Below, one piece after another: positions 1-11,939 of a stretch of DNA of 64,000 bases; positions within the stretch are counted from its first letter, which is position 1, and each line of letters begins with the position of its first letter. The stretch covers positions 8,184,001 to 8,248,000 of the forward strand of contig OZ024744.1 in the NCBI GenBank assembly GCA_964016885.1, read 5' to 3'. This DNA is from Eledone cirrhosa. Lineage: Eukaryota. The notes below the pieces were generated by a model, which made no database searches, was not told the origin of the DNA, and saw nothing but the letters and a program-made list of their open reading frames with translations. A program made the translations under genes and the position numbers.

Positions 1-1317
1 TGTGACACCATACTAGGGTGGTAGATTGTTAGTATTGGTAGAGGGTGCTACACCATACTAGGGTGGTGGATTGCTAGTATTGGTAGTGGGTGTGACACCA
101 AACTATGGTAGTGGATTGGTAGTATAGGTAGAGGGTGTGACAGCACACTAGCGTGGAGAATTGACAGTATTGGTAGAGGGTGAGACACCATACTAGGGTG
201 GTAGCTAGGTAGTATTTGTAGAGGGTGTGATACCATACTAGGGTGGTGGATTGATAGTATTGGTATAGGGTGTGATACCATACTAGGGTGGTAGATAGGT
301 AGTATTGTTAGAGGGTATGACACCATACTAGGGTGGTTGATCGGCAGAATATGTAGAGGGTGTGACACCATGTTAGGGTGGTGGATTGGTTGTATTGGTA
401 GAGGGTGTGACACCATACTAGGGTGGTAGATTGGTAGTATAGGTAGAGGGTGTGACACCATGGTAGGGTGGTAGATTGGTAGTATTAGTAGAGGGTGTGA
501 CACCATACTAGGGTGGCGGATTGGTAGTATTGATAGAGGGTGTGACACCATACTAGGGCGGTAGATAGGTAGTATTGGTAGAGGGTGTGACACCATACTA
601 GGGTGGTAGATTGGTAGTATTGGTAGAGGGTGTGACACCATACTTGGGTGGGGGATTGGCAGTATAGGTAGAGGGTGTGACACCATACAAGGGTGGTAGA
701 TTGGTAGTATTGTTAGAGGGTGTGAAACCATAATAGGGTGGTGGATTGGTAGTATTGGTAGAGGGTGTGACACCATACTAGGGTGGTAGATAGGTAGTAT
801 TGCTAGAGCGTGTGACACCATACTAGGGTGGTAGATTGGTAGTATAGGTAGAGGGTGTGACACCATACTAGGGTGGTGGATTGGTAGTATAGGTAGAGGG
901 TCTGACACCATGTTAGGGTGGTGGATTGATAGTATTGTTAGAGGGTGTGACACCATGTTAGGGTGGTGGATTGGTAGTATTGGTAGAGGGTGTGACACCA
1001 TACTAGGGTGGTAGATTGTTAGTATTGGTAGAGGGTGCTACACCATACTAGGGTTGTGGATTGGTAGTTTTGGTAGAGGGTGTGACACCATACTAGTATG
1101 GTGGATTGACAGTATAGGTAGAGGGTGTGTCACCATACTATGGTGATGGATTGGTAGTAATGGTAGAGGGTCTGACACCATACTAGGGTGGTGGATTGGT
1201 AGTATAGGTAGAGGGTGTGACACCATACTAGCGTTTTGGATTGACAGTATAGGTAGTGGGTTTGACGCCATATTAGGGTGGTAGATTGGTAGTATAGGTA
1301 GAGGGTGTGAAACCCTG

Positions 1318-4300
1318 TTAGGGTGTTGGATTGGTAGTCTTGGTAGAGAGTGTGACACCATACTAGGCTGGTAGATTGGTAGTATTTGTAGAGGGTATGA
1401 CACCATACTAGGGTGGTCGATTGGTAGTATAGGTAGAGGGTGTGACACCATACTAGGGTGGTTGATTGGTAGTATAGGTAGAGGATGTGACACCATCGTA
1501 GGGTTATAGATTGGTAGTATTTTTAGAGGAGGTGACACCATACTAGGGTGGTGGATTAGTAGTATAGGTAGAGTGTGTGACACCATACTAGGGTGGTTGA
1601 TTGCTAGTATAGGTAGAGGGTGTGACACCATACTAGTGTGCTGGATTGGTAGTATAGGTAGAGGGTGTGACAGCATACTAGGGTGGTGGATTGACAGTAT
1701 TGGTAGAGGGTGTGACACCATACTAGGGTGGTGGATTAGTAGTATAGGTAGAGGGTGTGACACCATACTAGGGAGGTGGATTGTTAGTATTGGTAGAGGG
1801 TGTGACACCATACTAGGGTGGTGAATTGATAGTATTGGTAGAGGGTGGTGGATTGACAGTATAGGTAGAGGGTGTGACACCATACTAGTGTCGGGGATTG
1901 GTAGTATAGGTAGAGGGTGTAACACCATACTAGGGTGGTGGATTGGTAGTATAGGTAGAGGGTGTGACACCATACTAGGGTGGTGGATTGGTAGTATAGG
2001 TAGAGGGTGTGATACCATGTTAGGGTGGTGGATTGGTAGTAATGTTAGAGGGTGTGACACCATGTTAGGGTGGTGGATTGGTAGTATTGATAGAGGGTGT
2101 GACACCATACTAGGGTGGTAGATTGTTAGTATTGGTAGAGGGTGCTACACCATACTAGGGTCGTGGATTGCTAGTATTGGTAGTGGGTGTGACACCAAAC
2201 TATGGTAGTGGATTGGTAGTATAGGTAGAGGGTGTGACAGCATACTAGTGTGGTGGATTGGTAGTATAGGTAGAGGGTGTGACAGCCTACTAGGGTGATA
2301 GATTGGTAGTATTGGTAAAGGGTGTGACACCATACTAGGGTGGTAGATTGCTAGTATTGATAGAGGGTGTGACACCATTCTTGGGTGGTGGATTGGTAGT
2401 ATAGGTAGAAGGTGTAACACCATACTAGGGTGGTAGATTGGTAGTATAGGTAGAGGGTGTGATACGCTACTAGGGTGGAGGAGTGACAGTATAGGTAGAG
2501 GGTGTGACACCATACTAGCGTGTTAGATTGGTAGTATTGGTAGAGGGTGTGGCACCATACTAGGGTGGTGGATTGGTAGAGGGTGTGACACACTACTAGG
2601 GTGGTGGATTGGTAGTATTGGTAGAGTGTGTGACACCATGTTAGGGTGGTGGATTGGTAGTATTGGTAGAGGGTGTGACACCATGTTAGGAAGGTGTATT
2701 GGTAGTATTGGTAGAGGTTGTGACACCATGTTAGGGTGGTGGATTGGTAGTATAGCTAGAGGGTGTGACACCATGTTAGGGTGGTTGATTGGTAGTATTG
2801 GTAGAGGGTGGGACACCATACTAGTATGGTGGATTGGTAGTATAGGTAGAGGGTGTGACACCATTCTAGGGTGGTGGATTGGTAGTATTGGTAGAGGGTG
2901 TGACACCATGTTAGGGTGTGACACCATGTTAGGGTGGTGGATTGGTAGTATATGTAGAGTGTGTGACACCATACTTGGGTGGTAGATTGGTAGTATAGGT
3001 AGAGGGCGTGACACGATGTTAGGGTGTTAGATTGGTAGTATAGGTAGAGAGTGTGACACCATACTAGGGTGGTGGGTTGGTAGTATAGGTAGAGGGTGTG
3101 ACACCATACTAGGGTGGTGGATTGGTAGTATTGGCAGAGGGTCGGACACCATACTAGTATGGTGGATTGGTAGTATAGTTAGAGAGTGTGACACCATACT
3201 AGTGTGGTAGATTGGTAGTATAGGTAGAGGGTGTGACACCATACTAGGGTGGTGGATTGGTAGTATAGGTAGAGGGTGTGACACCATACTAGGGTGGTGG
3301 ATTGGTAGTGTAGGTAGAGTGTGTGACACCATACTAGGGTGGTGGATTGGTAGTATAGGTAGAGGGTGTGACACCATACTAGGGTGGTGGATTGGTAGAA
3401 TTGGTAGAGGGTGTGACACCATACTAGTGTGGTGGATTGGTAGTATAGGTAGAGGGTGTGATACCATACTAAGTGGAGGATTGGTAGTATTGGTAGAGGG
3501 GTGACACCATACTAGGGTGGTAGATAGGTAGTATTGGTAGAGGGTGTGACACCATACTAGGGTGGTAGATTGGTAGTATTGGTAGAGGGTGTCACACCAT
3601 ACTAGGGTGGTGGATTGGTAGTATAGGTAGAAGGTATGACACCATACTAAGGTGGTGGATTGGTAGTATTGGTAGAGGGTGTGACACCATGCTTGGTTGG
3701 TGCATTGGTAGTATAGGTAGAGGGTGTGACACCATACTAGGGTGGTGGATTGGCAGTATAGGTAGAAGGTGTGACACCATACTAGGGTGGTAGATTGGTA
3801 GTATAGGTAGAGGGTGTGATACCATACTAGGGTGGTGGAGTGACAGTATAGGTAGACGGTGTGACACCATACTAGCTTGTTAGATTGGTAGTATTGGTAG
3901 AGTGTGTGACACCATGGTAAGGTGGTGGATTGGTAGTATTGGTAGAGGGTGTGACACCATACTAGGGTGGTGGATTGGTAGAGGGTGTGAAACAATACTA
4001 GGGTGGTGGATTGGTAGTATTGGTAGAGTGTGTGACACCATGTTAGGGTGGTGGATTGGTAGTATTGGTAGAGGGTGTGACACCATGTTAGGATGGTGGA
4101 TTGGTAGTATAGGTAGAGGGTGTGACACCATGTTAGTGTGGCTGATTGGTAGTATTGGTAGAGGGTGGGACACCATACTATTATGGTGGATTGGTAGTAT
4201 AGGTAGAGGGTGTGACACCATTCTAGGGTGGTGGACTGGTAGTATAGGTAGAGGGTGTGATACCATACTAGGGTGGTGTATTGGTAGTATAGGTAGAGGG

Positions 4301-7300
4301 TGTGACACCATACTAGGGTGGTGGATTCGTAGTATAGGTAGAGGGTGTGACACCATACTAGGGTGGTGGATTGACAGTATTGGTAGAGGGTGTGACACCA
4401 TACTAGGGTGGTGGATTGGTAGTATTGGTAGAGGGTCTGACACCATACTAGGGTGGTAGATTGGTAGTATAGGTAGATGGTGTGACACCATACTAGGGTG
4501 GTGGATTGGTAGTATAGGTAGAGGCTGTGACACCATACTAGGGTGATGGCTTCTTACTATTGGTAGAAGGGGTGACACCATACTAGGGTGGTGGATTGGT
4601 AATATTGGTAGAGGGTGTGACAACATGTTAGGGTGTTGGATTGGTAGTCTTGGTAGAGAGTGTGACACCATACTAGGCTGGTAGATTGGTAGTATTTGTA
4701 GAGGGTATGACACCATACTAGGGTAGTGGATTGGTAGTATAGGTAGAGGGTGTGACACCATACTAGGGTGGTTGATTGGTAGTATAGGTAGAGGATGTGA
4801 CACCATCGTAGGGTTATAGATTGGTAGTATTTTTAGAGGATGTGACACCATACTAGGGTGGTGGATTGGTAGTATAGGTAGAGTGTGTGACACCATACTA
4901 GGGTGGTTGATTGCTAGTATAGGTAGAGGGTGTGACACCATACTAGTGTGCTGGATTGGTAGTATAGGTAGAGGGTGTGACAGCATACTAGGGTGGTGGA
5001 TTGACAGTATTGGTAGAGGGTGTGACACCATACTAGGGTGGTGGATTAGTAGTATAGGTAGAGGGTGTGACACCATACTAGTGTCGGGGATTGGTAGTAT
5101 AGGTAGAGGGTGTGACACCATACTAGGGTGGTAGATTGGTAGTATTGGTAGAGGGTGTGACACCATGTTAGGGTGGTGGATTGGTATTATTGGTAGAGTG
5201 TCTGACACCATGGTAGGTTGGTGGATTGGTAGTATAGGTAGAGGGTGTGACACCATAGTAGGGTGGTGGGGTCGTAGTGTAGGTAGAGTGTGTGACACCA
5301 TACTAGGGTGGTGGATTGGTAGTATAGGTAGAGGGTGTGACACCATACTAGGGTGGTGGATTGGTAGTATAGGTAGAGGGTGTGATACCATGTTAGGGTG
5401 GTGGATTGGTAGTAATGTTAGAGGGTGTGACACCATGTTAGGGTGGTGGATTGGTAGTATTGATAGAGGGTGTGACACCATACTAGGGTGGTAGATTGTT
5501 AGTATTGGTAGAGGGTGCTACACCATACTAGGGTCGTGGATTGCTAGTATTGGTAGTGGGTGTGACACCAAACTATGGTAGTGGATTGGTAGTATAGGTA
5601 GAGGGTGTGACAGCATACTAGTGTGGTGGATTGGTAGTATAGGTAGAGGGTGTGACAGCCTACTAGGGTGATAGATTGGTAGTATTGGTAAAGGGTGTGA
5701 CACCATACTAGGGTGGTAGATTGCTAGTATTGATAGAGGGTGTGACACCATTCTTGGGTGGTGGATTGGTAGTATAGGTAGAAGGTGTAACACCATACTA
5801 GGGTGGTAGATTGGTAGTATAGGTAGAGGGTGTGATACGCTACTAGGGTGGAGGAGTGACAGTATAGGTAGAGGGTGTGACACCATACTAGCGTGTTAGA
5901 TTGGTAGTATTGGTAGAGGGTGTGGCACCATACTAGGGTGGTGGATTGGTAGAGGGTGTGACACACTACTAGGGTGGTGGATTGGTAGTATTGGTAGAGT
6001 GTGTGACACCATGTTAGGGTGGTGGATTGGTAGTATTGGTAGAGGGGGTGACACCATGTTAGGAAGGTGTATTGGTAGTATTGGTAGAGGTTGTGACACC
6101 ATGTTAGGGTGGTGGATTGGTAGTATAGCTAGAGGGTGTGACACCATGTTAGGGTGGTTGATTGGTAGTATTGGTAGAGGGTGGGACACCATACTAGTGT
6201 GGTGGATTGGTAGTATAGGTAGAGGGTGTGACACCATTCTAGGGTGGTGGATTGGTAGTATTGGTAGAGGGTGTGACACCATGTTAGGGTGTGACACCAT
6301 GTTAGGGTGGTGGATTGGTAGTATATGTAGAGTGTGTGACACCATACTTGGGTGGTAGATTGGTAGTATAGGTAGAGGGCGTGACACGATGTTAGGGTGT
6401 TAGATTGGTAGTATAGGTAGAGAGTGTGACACCATACTAGGGTGGTGGGTTGGTAGTATAGGTAGAGGGTGTGACACCATACTAGGGTGGTGGATTGGTA
6501 GTATTGGCAGAGGGTCGGACACCATACTAGTATGGTGGATTGGTAGTATAGTTAGAGAGTGTGACACCATACTAGTGTGGTAGATTGGTAGTATAGGTAG
6601 AGGGTGTGACACCATACTAGGGTGGTGGATTGGTAGTATAGGTAGAGGGTGTGACACCATACTAGGGTGGTGGATTGGTAGTGTAGGTAGAGTGTGTGAC
6701 ACCATACTAGGGTGGTGGATTGGTAGTATAGGTAGAGGGTGTGACACCATACTAGGGTGGTGGATTGGTAGAATTGGTACAGGGTGTGACACCATACTAG
6801 TGTGGTGGATTGGTAGTATAGGTAGAGGGTGTGATACCATACTAAGTGGAGGATTGGTAGTATTGGTAGAGGGGTGACACCATACTAGGGTGGTAGATAG
6901 GTAGTATTGGTAGAGGGTGTGACACCATACTAGGGTGGTAGATTGGTAGTATTGGTAGAGGGTGTCACACCATACTAGGGTGGTGGATTGGTAGTATAGG
7001 TAGAAGGTATGACACCATACTAAGGTGGTGGATTGGTAGTATTGGTAGAGGGTGTGACACCATGCTTGGTTGGTGCATTGGTAGTATAGGTAGAGGGTGT
7101 GACACCATACTAGGGTGGTGGATTGGCAGTATAGGTAGAGGGTGTGATACCATACTAGGGTGGTGGAGTGACAGTATAGGTAGAGGGTGTGACACCATAC
7201 TAGCTTGTTAGATTGGTAGTATTGGTAGAGTGTGTGACACCATGGTAAGGTGGTGGATTGGTAGTATTGGTAGAGGGTGTGACACCATACTAGGGTGGTG

Positions 7301-7915
7301 GATTGGTAGAGGGTGTGAAACAATACTAGGGTGGTGGATTGGTAGTATTGGTAGAGGGTGTGACACCATGTTAGGATGGTGGATTGGTAGTATAGGTAGA
7401 GGGTGTGACACCATGTTAGTGTGGCTGATTGGTAGTATTGGTAGAGGGTGGGACACCATACTATTATGGTGGATTGGTAGTATAGGTAGAGGGTGTGACA
7501 CCATTCTAGGGTGGTGGACTGGTAGTATAGGTAGAGGGTGTGATACCATACTAGGGTGGTGTATTGGTAGTATAGGTAGAGGGTGTGACACCATACTAGG
7601 GTGGTGGATTCGTAGTATAGGTAGAGGGTGTGACACCATACTAGGGTGGTGGATTGACAGTATTGGTAGAGGGTGTGACACCATACTAGGGTGGTGGATT
7701 GGTAGTATTGGTAGAGGGTCTGACACCATACTAGGGTGGTGGATTGGTAGTATTGGGAGAGTTTGTGACACCAAACTAGGGTGGTGGATTGGTAGTATAG
7801 GTAGAGGCTGTGACACCATACTAGGGTGATGGCTTCTTACTATTGGTAGAGGGGGTGACACCATACTAGGGTGGTGGATTGGTAGTATTGGTAGAGGGTG
7901 TGACAACATGTTAGG
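1318..7915 (+). repeat. ~3.3 kb tandem higher-order duplication (copies ~1318-4627 and ~4628-7915)
   Basis: Rare markers recur at offsets 3310 (GGGTGTTGGATTGGTAGTCTT at 1321/4631), 3373 (GCGTGACACGATG at 3006/6379; identical ORFs 2145..2513 and 5518..5886), 3328 (ORF ends 3880/7208) and 3283 (TTCTTACTAT at 4551/7834). The last two steps are exactly one 45-bp monomer each. Confidence 0.92.
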
Positions 7916-10900
7916 GTGGTGGATTGGTAGTATTGGGAGAGTTTGTGACACCAAACTAGGGTGGTGGATTGGTAGTATAGGTAGATGGTGTGAAAACATG
8001 TTAGGATGGTAGATTGGTAGTATAGGCAGAGGGTGTGACACCATACTAGGGTGGTGGATTGGTAGTATAGGTAGAGGGTGTGACACCATACTAGGGTGGT
8101 GGATTGGTAGTATTGGTAGAGGGTGTGACACCATGTTAGGGTAGTGGATTGGTAGTATTGGTAGAGGGTGTGACACCATACTAGGGTGGTGGATTGGTAG
8201 TATAGGTAGAGTGTGTGACACCATACTAGGGTGGTAAATTGGTAGTATTGGTAGAGGGTGTGACCTCCATACTTGGGTGGGGGATTCGCAGTATAGGTAG
8301 AGGGTGTGACACCATGTTAGGGTGGTAGATTGGTAGTATAGATAGAGTGTGTGACAGCATGCTAGGGTGGTGGATTGGTAGTATAGGTAAAGGGTCTGAC
8401 ACCATGTTAGGGTGGTGGATTGGTAGTATTGGTAGAGCGTGTGACACCATGTTAGGGTGGTGGATTGGTAGTATTGGTAGAGGGTGTGACACCATGTTAG
8501 GGTGGTAGATTGGTAGTATTAGTAGAGGGTGTGACACCATACTAGGGTGGTAGATTGGTAGTATTGTTAGAGGGTGTGACACCATAATAGGGTGGTGGAT
8601 TGGTAGTATTGGTAGAGGGTGTGACACCATACTAGAGTGGTAGATAGGTAGTATTGCTAGAGCGTGTGACACCATACTAGGGTGGTAGATTGGTAGTATA
8701 GGTAGAGGGTGTGACACCATACTAGAGTGGTGGATTGGTAGTATAGGTAGAGGGTCTGACACCATGTTAGGGTGGTGAATTGGTAGTAATGGTAGAGGGT
8801 GTGACACCATACTAGGGTGGTAGATTGGTAGTATTTGTAGAGGGTTTGACACCATACTAGGGTGGTTGAGTGACAGTATAAGTAGAGGGTGTGACACGAT
8901 ACTAGGGTGGTTGATTGGTAGTATAGGTAAAGGGTGTGACACCATACAAGGGTGGTGGATTGGTAGTATAGGTAGAGGGTGTGACACCATACTAGGGTGG
9001 TAGATTGGTAGTATAGGTAGAGGGTGTGACACCATGGTAGGGTTGTAGATTGGTAGTATTTTTAGAGGGTGTGACACCATACTAGGGTGGTGGATTGGTA
9101 GTATAGGTAGAGAGTGTGACACCATACTAGGGTGGTTGATTGCTCGTATAGGTAGAGGGTGCGACACCATACTAGTGTGCTGGATTGGTAGTATAGGTAG
9201 AGGGTGTGACAGCATACTAGGGTGGTGGATTGACAGTATTGGTAGAGGGTGTGACACCATACTAGGGTGGTGGATTAGTAGTATAGGTAGAGGGTTTGAC
9301 ACCATACTAGTTTGGTAGATAGGTAGTATTGGTAGAGGGTGTGACACCATACGAGGGTGGTAGATTGGTAGTTTTGGTAGAGGGTGTGGCACCATACTAG
9401 GGTGGGAGATTGGTAGTATAGGTAGAGGGTGTGACACCATGTTAGGCTGGTGGATTGGCAGTATATGTAGAGGGTGTGACACCATACTAGGATGGGGGAT
9501 TGGTAGTATAGGTAGAGGGTGTGACACCATACTAGGGTGGTAGATTGGTAGTATTGGTAGAGGGTGTGACACCATACTAGGGTGGTGGATTGGTAGTATA
9601 GGTAGAAGGTATGACACCATACTAAGGTGGTGGATTGGTAGTATTGGTAGAGGGTGTGACACCATGCTTGGTTGGTGCATTGGTAGTATAGGTAGAGGGT
9701 GTGACACCATACTAGGGTGGTGGATTGGCAGTATAGGTAGAAGGTGTGACACCATACTAGGGTGGTGGATTGGTAGTATTTTGGGAGAGGGTGTGATACC
9801 AAACTAGGGTGGTAGATTGGTAGTATAGGTAGAGGGTATGACACCATACTAGGGTGGTAGATTGGTAGTATAGATAGAGGGTGTGACACCATACCAGGTG
9901 ATGGAATGGTAGTATAAGTAGACGGTCTGACACCATACTAGGGTGTTGGATTGGTAGTATTGGTGGAGGGTGCGACACCATAATAGAGTGGTGGATTGGT
10001 AGTATAGGTAGAGGGTGTGACACCATACTAGCGTGGTGGATTGGTAGTAGTGGTAGGGGGCCTTACACCATACTAGTGTGGTGGATTGGTAGTATAGGTA
10101 GAGGGTGTGACACCATACTAGGGTGGTGGATTGGAGGTATAGGTAGATGGTGTGACACCATACTAGGGTGGTAGATTGGTAGTATTGGTAGAGGGTCTGA
10201 CACCATGTTAGGATGGTGGATTGGTAGTATTGGTAAAAGGTGTTACACCATACTAGGGTGGTCGATTGGTAGTATAGGTAGAAGGTGTGACACCATACTA
10301 GGGTGGTAGATTGATAGTATAGGTAGAGGGTGTGACACCATACTAGCTTGTTAGATTGGTAGTATTGGTAGAGTGTGTGACACCATGGTAAGGTGGTGGA
10401 TTGGTAGTATTGGAAGAGGGTGTGACACCATACTAGGGTGGTGGATTGGTAGTATAGGTAGAGGGTATGACACCATACTAGGGTGGTGGATTGGTAGTAT
10501 AGGTAGAGGGTGTGACACCATGTTATGATGGTGGATTGGTAGTATAGGTAGAGTGTGTGACACCATGTTAGGGTGGCTGATTGGTAGTATTGGTAGAGGG
10601 TGGGACACCATACTAGTATGGTGGATTGGTAGTATAGGTAGAGGGTGTGACACCATTCTAGGTTGGTGGATTGGTAGTATAGGTAGAGGGTGTGATACCA
10701 TACTAGGGTGGTGTACTGGTAGTATAGGTAGAGGGTGTGACACCATACTAGGGTGGTGGATTGGTAGTATAGGTAGAGGGTGTGACACCATACTAGGGTG
10801 GTAGATTGGTAGTATAGGTAGAGGGTGTGACACCATACTAGGGTGGTGGATTGGAGGTATAGGTAGATGGTGTGACAGCATACTAGGTTGGTGTATTGGT

Positions 10901-11939
10901 AGTATAGGTAGAGGGTATGACACCATACTAGGGTGGTGGGTTGGTAGTATTGGTAGAGGGTCTGACACCATGTTAGGATGGTGGATTGGTAGTATTGGTA
11001 GAAGGTGTGACACCATACTAGGGGGGTGGATTGGTAGTATAGGTAGAAGGTGTGACACAATACTAGGGTGGTAGATTGGTAGTATATGTAGAAGGTGTGA
11101 CACCATACTAGGGTGGTAGATTGGTAGTATAGGTAGAGGGTGTGACACCATACTAGCTTGTTAGATTGGTAGTATTGGTAGAGGGCGTGACACCATGGTA
11201 GGGTGGTGGATTGGTAGTATTGGTAGAGGGTGTGACACCATACTAGGTTGGTGGATTGGTAGAGGGTGTGACACAATACTAGGGTGGTGGATTGGTAGTA
11301 TTGGTAGAGTGTGTGACACCATGTTAGGGTGGTGGATTGGTAGTATTGGTAGAGGGTGTGACACCATGTTAGGATCGTGGATTGGTAGTATAGGTAGAGT
11401 GTGTGACACCATGTTAGGGTGGCTGATTGGTAGTATTGGTAGAGGGTGCGACACCATACTAGTATGGTGTATTGGTAGTATAGGTAGAGGGTGTGACACC
11501 ATTCTAGGGTGGTGGATTGGTAGTATAGGTAGAGGTTGTGACACCATACTAGGGTGGTGGTTTGACAGTATTGGTAGAGGGTGTGACACCATACTAGGGT
11601 GGTGGATTGGTAGTATTGGTAGAGGGTCTGACACCATACTAGGGTGGTAGATTGGTAGTATAGGTAGATGGTGTGACACCATACAAGCGTGGTGGATTGG
11701 TAGTATAGGTAGAGGGTGTGACACCATACTACGGTGGTAGATAGGTAGTATAGGTAGAGGGTGTGACATTATATCAGGTCGTGGATTGGTAGAATAGATA
11801 GAGGGTGTGACACCATATTAGGGTGGTGGAGTGACAGTATACGTAGAGGTTGTGACACCATACTAGGGTGGTGGATTGGTAGTATTGGTAGGGGGTGTGA
11901 CACCATGTTAGGGTGGTGGATTGGTAGTATAGGTAGAGG

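Noticed and set aside
901-1110. AC>GT (TACTA/TGTTA) and GT>AC (TTGGT/TTGAC) doublets as 2-bp micro-inversions
   Set aside because: Single-step intermediates (CATGCTAGG, CATATTAGG, TTGATAGT, TTGGCAGT) all exist in the array and the flanks are not inverted repeats, so sequential transitions suffice.
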